Source: Octopus sinensis
Taxonomy: Eukaryota
DNA: 34,800 bases
Assembly: GCF_006345805.1 (NCBI RefSeq)
Contig: NW_021829936.1
Span: 1 to 34,800, forward strand
Reading direction: 5' to 3'
Within the stretch, counting starts at the first letter, position 1. Each line of letters opens with the position of its first letter. The notes under the pieces were generated by a model that worked only from the letters and a program-made list of their open reading frames with translations, had not been told where the DNA came from and did no database searches. The translations under genes were made by a program, and so were the position numbers. Below, piece after piece: positions 1 through 10,955 of the stretch.

Positions 1-69
1 AAAACGAATCGAGAAAGGTATGCATATATATATATATATATATACATAGTTGCATTGTGTATGTATATA

Positions 70-240
70 TAGTTAATCCAAACAAGAAAACACAGAAAAA
101 AAAACAGAAAAAAAACACAGCAATGCGAGGACATGGAACAATTAAAGTATTATTTGACGCTCAGGAAAGAAGGGAAGGAGGGTTTAACGTTTCGAGCGGA
201 GCTCTTCGTCGGAAACAAAGAGAAGGAAAGATGTATGTAT
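70..240 (-). mobile_element. Penelope-like terminal-repeat (pLTR)-type fragment, copy 1
   Basis: Shares GACGCTCAGGAA...ACGTTTCGAGC..GCTCTTC with 13085-13265, 30870-31050 and 33905-34030, and carries a hammerhead-like motif. The PLE assignment is inferred from that motif. Confidence 0.5.
182..216 (-). ncRNA. Minimal type I hammerhead-ribozyme-like motif (variant core)
   Basis: Minus strand reads GTTT-CCGACGA-A-GAGC-TCC-GCTC-GAAAC-GTT-AAAC: stem I GTTT/AAAC, stem II GAGC/GCTC, GAAAC, GUH triplet. The core differs from CUGANGA at one position. Confidence 0.45.
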
Positions 241-259
241 GTATATATATATATATATA

Positions 260-762
260 CTAGCAGTATCGCCCGGCGTGTGCTCGGGTTTGTAAGGGAA
301 ATAACTATATAAGCATTTTTAGAGAGTTACTTCCCTTATAAATTCGGGCTTTCTTAGCCATTTTGTTTTGGTGTCTTCAAGCCATGAAGTCGTTGTTCTA
401 AAAGAACGCTGGTCTCCTTCACAACGCATTACGACGTTGATTTCTTTACACTCTTCCCCACAGCTTCACGAGGGAGGGAAGAAGGGGAGAAGCAAACAGG
501 TGCAGCTTTGAGCGTGGACGCCAACTCCGCCGCCATCGACACACGATGCATTTTATGCATTAAATGGAATAAAAAATGATGTTAAATTATTTTTAAAATC
601 GTAGACTCATCGTTGACGCGCGCTAATAGTCAGACGGGCTCGATATGAATCACGACTATAAGATACCCGAATTTGGTTAAACTGCACCGCAAAATGTGGG
701 AGGAGTTAGAATCTAAATCGAAGGGGACAGACACTCACACAACTAGAGTTTTATATATAAGA
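260..762 (-). mobile_element. Non-autonomous Helitron (503 bp)
   Basis: Minus strand starts A|TC (762-761) and ends CTAG|T (263-260). A GC-rich hairpin (CCCG-A-GC/GC-CGGG, 272-288) lies 8 nt before the CTAG. Inserted in an AT dinucleotide within (TA)n. Confidence 0.75.
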
Positions 763-775
763 TTATATATAACAT

Positions 776-804
776 ACATACATACATAGTTGCATTGTGT
801 ATGT

Positions 805-836
<32 letters not shown>

Positions 837-855
837 CATAGTTGCATTGTGTGTG

Positions 856-906
<51 letters not shown>

Positions 907-920
907 ATAGTTGCATTGCA
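776..920. repeat. Composite minisatellite: CATACATAGTTGCATTG x3 separated by (TA)n
   Basis: Three copies are visible directly; a fourth copy lies at about 42-63. Confidence 0.8.
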
Positions 921-2281
921 CACATTACATTACACTAAGTTTGTTTGTGAATTGTTCAAGTCTTTGTCTCATTATTCTGATTCGTCTTTCATTCTAGTTA
1001 AATGGAAAGTGTCTGTGGAGATTAAGGATATTGATTGTGGTTTTCTTCGTAGATAATCTCATTAGTCTTGGATGACGCTTAGATATTGGTGTCTAGTTTT
1101 GGGCGATTCTGTGGCTTACATACATAAAAACACATACGCGCGCACAAACCCATGCACACGCACGCACCCAATACATACATACGTACAAAGAAATAGCAAG
1201 AGAATTTATGCCTACTGAATGAATGCAGAATCTATTTGCTTTCAAAGCTTTGATTTTCAACTTTCTTGACATGAGAAATATGAAGGCTACAAAATTATCA
1301 TCTCTGGTTACCTACTAACCATTCTTAAAGGATCTCTATGGGCCTCTGTTTGAATACAACTATCTATACCCTGGAGTTTTCACACATAAAAAAAAATCAA
1401 AAACCGTGTGCTTCGAGTAAGTGAGTTGATAGACGAAAAATGCTTCATATATTTCATAAATGTGTTTCTGCCGGGCGAGTTAATTCCAACTGGCCTAGCA
1501 ATTAAATCTCACCCCGAGTCAATTAAATACATATTTTTATGGATCACAAAGCTGGGAAAGACAATTTGGCTTCGATTTTCTTTCAATTGAGAAAAGTTCG
1601 CCGATGCAAATGAGGCTATGAAACCCATTACATAACGAAATTATAGAACAGTTTATTTCGATGAATAGAATGGAACTTATATACAAGAGAATTAAGTGTA
1701 TTTGTTGCCTTTATCTTAATTTATGCATAATATAACACCCATTTCTTATTTATAAATTTCTACAAAGCATGGAATACGAGAAATTCAGATTATTCATGCA
1801 TTATTCATATCGTTTGCAATTTCCAATCTGTGTTATATATAGAAATATTCTAAGGTTTGTATGTTTACCTGTAGAAAGTAACAATGGAAGCATCGAGAAT
1901 ATGTAAATGAGTTTTTGTAGAAACGATGCATTTCGAATATTAATCTAGTCGTAAATAATAGATTTTAATATGCAGGGTTAATCCAGTTGTATATAAGTTT
2001 ATAACATATAGGGTTAATCCAGTTATAAATATTAGGTTATAATACACGAAGCTAAAAAAACTGATTGATAAAAAGCCATGTCTTTTCGTGTCAAAGGAGT
2101 TTTAACCTTGTATTATTATTGTTTGTAACTGGATTGGCATAAGAGAGGCAAACTTAAAGTAAATATTTTATTTACGGTGTATTTCGTTTTGTGTAATATT
2201 TAAGTCAGACTTGTACAGTTATCACGGTTTTACAGTGCACAACCTACTACAATAACCACCATACACACAGTAATTGGAGTG

Positions 2282-2329
<48 letters not shown>

Positions 2330-2561
2330 TATTAGAAATATTAAAATTACTAAGTCTCTCTAAAGGAGATTACGGCAGCGTTACTGGAAATTAATAGTTA
2401 TTGCCATACTTATATGGCAGTCTTATAAATATAAGACTAAAGCTGTCGCTGATCAGCTCCAAGAGGCCACCGCCTCAAGCTAGCTATTTGACACACAACC
2501 TGCGTCCATTATAAACCTTCGAACAGGGGAGGTCAGCCGCTTCATCCTGCCAGTCAGACAG

Positions 2562-2602
2562 CTTCAGACATGTTTTAGGGTATTTGCCCTTCATCAATGC
2601 AG
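2562..2602 (-). ncRNA. Degenerate minimal hammerhead-like motif of a second repeat family
   Basis: Minus strand reads CTGCA-TTGATGA-AGGG-CAAATA-CCCT-AAAAC-ATGTC-TGAAG. Two core substitutions from canonical, palindromic ACATGT stem III, GUC triplet, 4 of 5 stem I pairs. Confidence 0.4.
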
Positions 2603-2799
2603 CGTAGTCAGACCCAGCAGGTGTCGCTACTGACTGTCCCTGTTCGAAGAATCTATTTACCTAGTTTCAGTGTAACGACTGTCCCTGTGCCATCTTGATG
2701 CTCATTGCAAAGCATACTTTTACGGGAAACTGCATTTGCGTAAATAAAAATGGCACAGCGGAAGGGTTAAGGCTCATGGGGGTTAATAACTTTGTCACG

Positions 2800-2991
2800 C
2801 TAGCGGACGGTTCGCTCAGAATGGTTGTCGTCAGAATTAAGGTCCCAATTTTTTTTTTTTTTGATGTTCAGACGAGTACCGTTGCATAGTTCTGGTGGTT
2901 CCACGTTTTCCAGCAACATAACAAGAACACCAACCTTCAGTCTAAGGTCATAAGATGGAAGTCAGAGAGGTAGTTGGCTGTTGAGGAATTC
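2800..2991 (-). pseudogene. Helitron RepHel PIF1-like helicase fragment
   Basis: Manual translation EFLNSQLPL*LPSYDLRLKVGVLVMLLENVEPPELCNGTRLNIK matches the Helitron helicase motif EFLNSL..PGLPPH.L.LKVG.P.MLLRN..P..LCNGTRL. Contains an internal stop. Confidence 0.75.
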
Positions 2992-2994
2992 AAT

Positions 2995-3626
2995 AGGTGT
3001 GCATATTTTCAGCACAGTCCGACCACGTTTACTAACACTTTTGCCTGCACAACTACATGTGAGACAACATCTGCCCTTTTTACAAATATAGAATAGACTA
3101 GCAGATATACCCGGCCTTACTCAGGATTAAAATAGTTTATTATTGTTTTACTTATTTCGGTATTACAACCCGATTTCATCCGGGTCTACGCGGGTCACAT
3201 TTTAAAAGATAAGGAATTTTGTCCAAGAGGCCACGCCTTTCAATTGAGCAAACTCAAAGTTGCCATGCAAACTCGCTAGCACTTTTAACAAAGGTGTGCA
3301 AATTTTCAGCTCAATCCGACCACGTTTACTAATACTTTTGGCTGCACAACTGCTTGTGAGACAACGTCCACCCTTTTCACAAATATGTAATAGACTTACA
3401 GAGATATCCGGCCTTGCTTGGGATTAAAATGGCAAAGTTTTTTTATTGTTTTACTTGTTTGGTTATTATAGCCAGATTTCATTCGGGTCTACTCGGACCA
3501 CATTTTAAAAGATGAGGAATTTTGCCCTGGAGGTCACTCCTTTCAATTAAGCAAACTCAAAGTTTCCATGCAAACTCGCCAGCACCTTTAACATAAGTGT
3601 GCATATTTTCAGCTCAATCCGACCAC
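2995..3626 (-). mobile_element. Head-to-tail array of a ~297-bp non-autonomous Helitron (about 2.1 units)
   Basis: GTGTGCAWATTTTCAGC recurs at about 2997, 3295 and 3597. The junction at 3097/3098 reads CTAG|TC on the minus strand, with a CCCGGCCTT..GG hairpin next to the CTAG. Confidence 0.65.
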
Positions 3627-4260
3627 ATATGCACACATTATATATATATATAATATAATATTATTATATATATATATATACATATATAAATTAACACAAT
3701 ATATCTGATTAATAATATCTGTTATCATGATTGTGCAGTGGTGGTGGGCGATAATAATTCATCGTTCAATAAGACCTGTGGCGGGAATATTTAAACTTTT
3801 GCGGCTGTCAACGCTTTCTCTCTATAGATACAGACAGACGTACAGTGAGAGAAGTTTGGGAGAAAGAGTGAGAGAGAGACGGGAGAAGGCGGAGAGGAAA
3901 AGAGAGTGGAAGCTGTCAAACGTCGTTATAGAGAGAAAGTGAAGGGAAGGAAGGAAGGAAGGAAAGAGAGATCGAGGAAGACAGGGTGATATCCGAAAGA
4001 GAGAAACGATAAACACTTGTTAAAGTTTGGGTTTTGTTGCCCTAGTAACCACAGCTTTTGAGATGGAGGTTTCAAACCTAGTCCAGTTGCTTCCTTGCCT
4101 CCTTTTACATGTCCCTGTAAGTTTTCGCCGCAATCCGAGCACGCCTACTGCCATTGAACCCTGCATAACCACTAAATGAGCCCGCAAACATACAACAGGG
4201 ATAAATAGACAAATAAATAAATGGATGAAAAAGTTCAAAATTTAAAATTAGGGAGGGGTG

Positions 4261-4720
4261 AAATTTGAGCCCCTTAAACTTTATAACATTAATTATTAAA
4301 CATTAATGTTTGTTTCTCGTAAAATGGTGTTTATTCAATTTACATTAAATTCTTATTTACGATTATTTTAGACAAACACAAGTAAAACGCAAATTCTTTT
4401 CACTTTAATGTTTTTGTCTGTATTCAATTTCGATTTGCAATATGTTCGTCAATTCGCTACGATCTCTTTAAAGTAAACAAAATCAAAAATTTTAATTGGG
4501 GCGGAAGTGAGGGGAAATAAAAAGAATTTTTTTTTTGCACAAAAATGCATCGCTCGCCCGTTGACGCCCGCGTTTGCCCGATTTAGCCCGCCTTTTGACG
4601 TCCGCCTTTTGACGCCCGCCTTTTGACGTCCGCCTCCGCCGCGTTACCGTGCCCGATATCGTAAGAACGAACCGATGCATTTTTCAAAGTGAGGTGCGAA
4701 ACTGTATTAGTCCCAAATAT
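4261..4720. repeat. Dispersed AT-rich repeat (probable non-autonomous DNA element), copy 1, with GC-rich internal segment
   Basis: AAATTTGAGCCCCTT...TTCGCTACGATCTC...ATGCATTTTTCAAAG aligns by eye to 15846-16220 in the same orientation. Confidence 0.7.
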
Positions 4721-5283
4721 TCTTTGTCAATGTTTTAAAAGTTCGATCGACAAATCTTAATGAACTTAATGAACTTATCTTCCTCATTTGTTTTTTGTTG
4801 TTTTCTACTTTTAACCCCCTTAAGGGAGTTTTGATTGCTTCAATTATTTACGGAACATTTTTCAACTCACAATATCACATCATATATAAAACAAGAGCTA
4901 GTCGTAAATGTATTTACTAGGCAGAACGCTCTCCTAAGATATATATCTCTCAAACATTAATAATATATGCACACCTCTGTATATACGCGTGCATTCATGC
5001 TTGCATGTGTATATCGATGTCGTTAACTGGTATATGTCGATGCATGATGTTGCACCAACTTACAACCAGTCCCTATTCACTGTTAGGGTTAGAAATACTG
5101 TGAACCAACGATTGGCCCTTTGGAAACCTATACCCAACGACGATAGAAGTTAGAATCAAGACATGAAATGAAATGAAATTAATTCTTTTGTGCAAAAAGA
5201 AACGAGGAAAATAATATAACTAGTATGAAATTATGCTTTGATCTACCAAAAGATGTATTTGTTGTAACCTATCACTATTATTA

Positions 5284-5681
5284 TTCTTTTCTACTCTAGG
5301 CACAAGGCCTGAAATTTTGGGGGAGGGGGCCAGTCGATTAGATCGACCCCAGTGCGTAACTGGTACTTAATTTGTCGATCCCGAAAGGATGAATAGCAAA
5401 ATCGACCTCGGCAGAATTTGAACTCAGAACGTAACGGCAAACAAAATACCTATTTCTTTATTACCCACAAGGGGCTACACACAGAGAGGACAAACAAGAA
5501 CAGACAAACAGATTAAGTCGATTACATCGATCCCAGTGCGTAACTGGTACTTAATTTATCGACCCCGAAAGGATGAAAGGCAAAGTCGACCTTGGCAGAA
5601 TTTGAACTCAGAACGTAACGGCAGACGAAATACCGCTAAGCATTTCGCCCGGCATGCCAGCGCTTCTGCCAGCTCGCCGCC
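5284..5681 (-). mobile_element. tRNA-derived SINE family A, dimeric (long plus short unit)
   Basis: Head GGCGGCGAGCTGGCAGAA, B-box GAGTTCAAATTC present twice, central GAGGTCGACTTTGCCTTTCATCCTTTCGGGGTCGA box, internal junction AAAGAAATA|GGTATTT. Confidence 0.85.
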
Positions 5682-5702
5682 CTTCATTATTATTATTGAC
5701 AA

Positions 5703-5920
5703 GGCGATGAGCTGGCAGAATCGTTAGTACGCCGAGCGACATGTTTAGCGGTAATTCGTCTGCCGCTACGTTCGGAGTTCACATTCCGCCGAGGTCGACT
5801 TTGCCTTTTGTCCTTTCGAGGTCGATTAAATAAGTACCAGTTACAAACTGAGTTTGACATAATCGACTAGCCTCCTTCTCCAAAAATTTTCAAGGCATTG
5901 TGCTTAGAGAAGAAATAATT
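5703..5920 (+). mobile_element. SINE family A, short form
   Basis: Same head and central box; lies head-to-head with the preceding copy. Confidence 0.85.
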
Positions 5921-6024
5921 ATATGATTGATTTGACCCCAGTTCATTCTTATTCCTGGTACAATTTATGGGGCAGCGGATTACTACCTGTACCCTGTTCT
6001 ATCTACAACTTTCTGTAATCTCTC

Positions 6025-6175
6025 ATAAAGACCCTCCTGATAATCTTCCCTATCCCTAAGAGGCAAACTTTCTTTAGAAGCTCTACAGAACATTCTATTC
6101 CAATCTCCTACAACCATTTGTCTATACCTTTACTACAGTTTCCAATGCACAAATTATTACAGGCAGAACCATATC
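6025..6175 (-). mobile_element. R4/Dong-like LINE extreme C-terminal fragment
   Basis: Translation with a frameshift and a stop gives VLPVIICALETVV/KGIDKWL*EIGIECSVELLKKVCLLGIGKIIRRV, matching the VPVVIGALG...LQK..LLGT.RI.R.VL end of RLE LINEs. A TAA run lies on its 5' side. Confidence 0.65.
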
Positions 6176-6394
6176 ATTATTATTATCGTTATTTTAATCT
6201 GCATGTTTGTTACGTCTTACGGCGAGTGAAGGATAACAGATGTTACAATATGACTGAAAGACTGAGAAGGGGAAGTGGTAGGGGACAGTAGCGAAATATC
6301 TTCATGTAATAGACAGACATTTAAATCGATAGGGTTTTTCTAATGACGTGGGCAGTACTTGTCAGCATACAATAGCAGGAACAGTCCTCGCTTT

Positions 6395-7015
6395 ATTATT
6401 ATTACTATCATTATTTATCATTTTTATTATATGAAAACTCACAGCTTATTTTACTGAGTATGATGGAAAGTGTCTACAGTCCACAACCAGCAAAATAAGG
6501 TGACACTTGTTTACTGATCATGCTTCAAGAAACACTGCGGAAAATTCTTGCAGTTCCAAGCCATGATGATATTTGTAGGTGTTCTACCTTCACACTTGCA
6601 CCGACCTTCTTCCAGCCATGTTGGCAGTTGAGTGCTGATACTTCCAAGAGCACCGATTACTATTGGTATCGCGTCTACTCTCTTCATTGACCACAACCTT
6701 CGTATTTCCCACTTCAAATCGCATAGTTGTTTATTTTTTCTTCTTCTTTCACATTGACCCTGTTGTCACCAGGGCATGCTATGTCGATTATCATTCGTGT
6801 TCTTTCTTTTTTATTCACAATAACAAAAATGTCTGGTTTCCGATGTTTGGTCGGGTGATCGCATTGGATCGTTGCATCCCAGAGGATTTTGCAATTCTCA
6901 TTTTTGGTGACTCCTTCTGGTGTTTATACATACCAGGTCTTTGCTCTTTGTAGACCATGGTTTCCACAGTGCGCCTAGTGGATAATTCTTGCCCCATTGT
7001 CATGACGTCTTTTGT
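6395..7015 (-). mobile_element. R4/Dong-like LINE 3' remnant (restriction-like endonuclease domain, 3' UTR, TAA tail)
   Basis: Frameshifted translation KILWDATIQCDHPTKHRKPDIFVIVNKKERTRMIIDIACPGD..KEEEKI..Y/DLKWEIRRLWSMKRVDAIPIVIGALGSI/VEHLQ...LGTARIFR shows the PD..D RLE motif. Flanked by TAA repeats on both sides. Confidence 0.8.
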
Positions 7016-7208
7016 ATTCGCGTTATTATTATCATCCCTTTGGGGTCAATAAAATAACTACCAGTTGAGTGCTGGGGTCGATAAGAATAAAAATTTAATC
7101 GAGTAGGCCCGACAGTAAAAATTTCAGTCCTTGTGTCTATAATTGAAAGAATTACTGCTAGTACTACTACTACTGATTATTATTATTATTATCATCATCA
7201 TCATTATT

Positions 7209-7418
7209 GAGCTGGCAGAATCGTTTGCACGCCGGGCAGAATATTTAGGGGCATTTCGTCCGTCTTTACGTTCTGAGTTCAAATTCCATCGAGGTTGACT
7301 GTGTCTTTTATTCTTTCGGGGTCGATAAATTAAGTACCAGTCAATCACTGAGGTCGATGTGATCGACTTACCCCTCCCCACAAATTTCAGACCTTGTGCT
7401 TATAGTAGAAAGGATTAT
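7209..7418 (+). mobile_element. SINE family A, older short form
   Basis: GAGCTGGCAGAATCG head, B-box, central box, CCTTGTGC..AGTAGAAAG tail. Confidence 0.8.
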
Positions 7419-7809
7419 CCTCATTATGATCATTATTATTATTGATTTCGTTGGGAACCGGTTTGGGAACAATGCAAAAATATTTTAGAAAGAAAAAGAG
7501 ATACTAAAAAACTAAATATGGTTGCTCTAAACTATTACATTCCACGCTTTATAGCTGCTGACAATCACATATTTATTTGCTACACCTTAACAGGCTTTCC
7601 TAACTACAGTAATGTTAGAAAACAGATTGGTTGATATGCGTCTCCCTCCACGGCCACAAACCATAACCACCCAGCCACCTAACCACACAAGCATAGCTGA
7701 GTAAAGGTGAAAAAGAAAAACGAAAGCAGAAATATTCCTTGATCAAATCAACGCATAATATTATTGCAATGCGCTTTGGAAAATATCTAGTGAACAGTGT
7801 CATGTGGAT

Positions 7810-8130
7810 TGAGAGAGAGAGCGAGGGAGAGAGAGAGGAAAAGATGGCGTACTGAAGAATAGTCAGGGAGAGTGGCTGGTAGTAGCGGTGGTGGTGGTGG
7901 TAGTGGTGGTTAAAGTAAAAGATAGAAACAATGAAGCGAACAGCGAAGTAAATATATATATACGAGAGGCAGGCGAGGACAGAAACAAGCAGACAAAGAC
8001 AGGGGAAAGACAAATGCAGTGACATAAAATAAATACAGGGGACAGTAAGGAAAAAAATAACTGGAAGAGAGAGAGAGAGGAGGTAGATATAAAGGGAGGA
8101 AGAGAGAGAGAGAAAGGGAGAGACACACAC
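7810..8130. repeat. GA-rich low-complexity tract with (GGT)n
   Basis: Direct inspection. Confidence 0.75.
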
Positions 8131-9248
8131 ACTGCATGAATATCGTGACTTTGAATATTTTACAACGTGCTATTTAGAAAAAGTTTGCCGGAAATGGGAA
8201 GACGACATAAAACCGCAACAGCATAGGAAAATCAAGAGATTATGGAAGTCGATTTTTGGTGAATCAAAAAAAAAAAAAAAAAGCTTGTGTGGATGTGACG
8301 TCTGCAATGAAATGGATGTTTACCGTCTTCCTTTGTCCAAAGTAATTTAGTTGGAATTCAATACAGTATAAGGGAGATGAAAAAAAATAATCCATTGGCT
8401 TTTTTCTCTCTCTCTCTCTTTCTCTCTCTGATTTTTCGTTGATTTGTTTTCTTTTTCTCTCTCCGGCGGGTGGAGAGTTCTTTTGTTAAAAAAATAATTC
8501 TAAACATTTGTAAGTCCTTCAATAGCGAGAGATATTTGCAAACGACCATCTTTATCCTTTTTAATTCATTAGTGGTAGCGAGGGGTTAATACAGAAAGTG
8601 ATGGGAGATTTCAGGTGATTGATTTTGGTTCAATAGGAGGAAACAAAATAAGAAGGAAAAAATACATAATGGACGGAAAATGTTAATATTTCTCGTTTTT
8701 TTTTTCCTTCATTTTTTATTTTATTTTTCATCTCGTGGAATATAAAATATTATCCAACAAAGAAGAGAAGAGAATTAATTCAAATATGAACACATCACAA
8801 TTGATTAAACATTCCAAATTGAAGGAGAAATATCATTTTTTTTTTCTATTATCCCTGAATATTTGTTTTTCTAACAGTCATAGAGCGCTTCTGTTTATAC
8901 ACCGTTCTATGGTCCTACAGTATCGATGTTATTTTGGAAGTAACTCCTTGTAATGTTTCTACCGTATCACCACGGAGAAAGACATTCATGGCCGCCGTTC
9001 GTATCCACTGAGTTATAAATCTTACATTCGACGTTTTATATACCTTTCTCTAGTCATTCGTGCGTTTATTTGTGTATTCGTTGGTTTATTGTTTTGCTTA
9101 TATGTATACATAGACACGCACACACATACGTACATATATATAGATACATAGAGAGAGACAGGCACACACACACACACACATATACATATCCATTTACATA
9201 CATGTATACATACACGTACATACGCAAATATTCATATATATATATATA

Positions 9249-9428
9249 TATTTCTTTACTACCCACAAGGGGCTAAACACAGAGGGGACAAACAAGGACA
9301 GACAAAGGATTAAGTCAATAACATCGACCCCAGTGCGTAACTGGTACTTAATTTATTGACCCCGAAAGGATGAAAGGCAAATCAACCTCGGCGGAATTTG
9401 AACTCGGAACGTAACGACAGACGAAATA
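9249..9428 (-). mobile_element. SINE family A, 5'-truncated long form inserted in (TA)n
   Basis: On the minus strand it ends GGGTAGTAAAGAAATA; B-box and central box are present. Confidence 0.85.
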
Positions 9429-9562
9429 GTATTCATATACATATATACAGATACACATAAATACATATGCATGTATATTTATGTGTATCTATCTCTTTTG
9501 CTGAATCGCTAGATTGCAGGGACATAAGCAAACCAACACACACAAATACAAACATACATATG

Positions 9563-9715
9563 TACAGGCTTCCACATAGTTCTCTTCTAAATTCATTCAA
9601 AAGGCATTGTTCGGCCCAAGGTTATAGTAGAAGGCACTTGCCCAAGGTGCCACGCAGTGAGACTGAACCCAAAACCGGTGGAAAAGCAAACTTCTTAACC
9701 ACACAGCTATGCTTG
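9563..9715 (-). mobile_element. SINE family B (CORE-like), 5' part
   Basis: GGCACCTTGGGCAAGTGCCTTCTAC segment and tRNA-like head. Confidence 0.7.
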
Positions 9716-10278
9716 TGTGTGTATGCGTGTGTGTGTCTGTCAAATATAAGAAATAGATTTTAAAATTGTATAAAGGGTACGGATACAAACAACATAGGAA
9801 GCGAACCCATATACACACACAGAGTAACTTCACAGACAATATCAACAACGCGATCAACAATGACAGCAACAACAGCGGCAACAACAACAACTACCGCAAT
9901 GGCAACTGTGTGGGCGAATACAAACACAGAGAGATACAAGAACGGTACCAAAAGTCGGGGTCAAGGACAGAAGCAGAGGCAAAGGGGGGTGGGGAGGGTT
10001 AAAGTGCTACTAAGAACGAGACACACATGTACACGCACATGCAAATACAGACGCATAAGCATATAAGGATGCACATCATAGAATATCATTGACTAAGCGG
10101 AACAAGAACACGCGAGGACGGAAAGTGTTGCTAAAGAAATAACGGATGTGTGACGAAAGATTTCCGGACAATAGACATGAGTTAGAAATAAGAACAGTAA
10201 TAAATGACTGAAGAACGAATATCTAGAGCGTGTGTTTATTTGGCAAAAAGAAAATGACCGTCCCGAAATACAACAATA

Positions 10279-10678
10279 TTCTTTTATTCTTTTACTTGTT
10301 TCAGTCATTTGACTGCGGCCATGCTGGAGCACCGCCTTGAATCGAGTAACTCGACCCCGGGACTTATTCTTTTGTAAGCCCAGTACTTATTCTATCGGTC
10401 TATTTTGCCGAACCGCTAAGTAACGGGGACATAAACACACCAGCATCGGTTGTCAAGCAATGCTAGGGGGACAAACACAGACACAAACACACACACACGC
10501 ATATATATATATATATATATATATACGATGGGCTTCTTTCAGTTTCCGTCTACCAAATCCACTCACAAGGCCCGAGGCTATAGTAGAAGACACTTACCCA
10601 AGGTGCCACGCAGTGGGACTGAACCCGGAGCCATGTGGTTGGTAAACAAGCTACTTACCACACAGCCACTCCTGCGCC
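10279..10678 (-). mobile_element. SINE family B, full length
   Basis: Head GGCGCAGGAGTGGCTGTGTGGTAAG, B-box GGTTCAGTCCC, CCTTGGGTAAGTG CORE-like box, internal TA/TG microsatellite, tail CCAGCATGGCCGCAGTCAAATGACTGAAACAAGTAAAAGA. Confidence 0.85.
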
Positions 10679-10830
10679 TAGATAGATAGATAGATACACA
10701 CACATATATATATGCACACGCATATATATATATATATACGCACACACATGAACACACACACACGAACACACACACACGAACACACACACACATATATATA
10801 TATACATATATACATATATATATATATATA

Positions 10831-10955
10831 GGCGCAGGTGTGGCATGATACCAGGTTCAGTTCCACTGCGTGTCACCATCGGCAAATGCCTTCTATTATA
10901 GTCTTGGGCCGACCAAAGTGGATTTGGCAGATGGAAATTGAAAGAAGCCCGAGGT
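10831..10955 (+). mobile_element. SINE family B, internally deleted 5' part
   Basis: GGCGCAGGTGTGGC...GGTTCAGTTCCACTGCGTG...GAAAGAAGCCC. Confidence 0.7.

Noticed and set aside
1855-1900. Minus-strand TTTCTACAG|GTAAAC recursive-splice-like site
   Set aside because: A short motif expected by chance in 70 kb of both strands; the host gene is not established.
2750-2772. GGAAGGGTTAA piggyBac-like end
   Set aside because: A single short terminus with no matching partner.
4018-4196. Solo LTR (TGT...ACA ends)
   Set aside because: No TSD, no second copy, and no PBS/PPT or internal domains.
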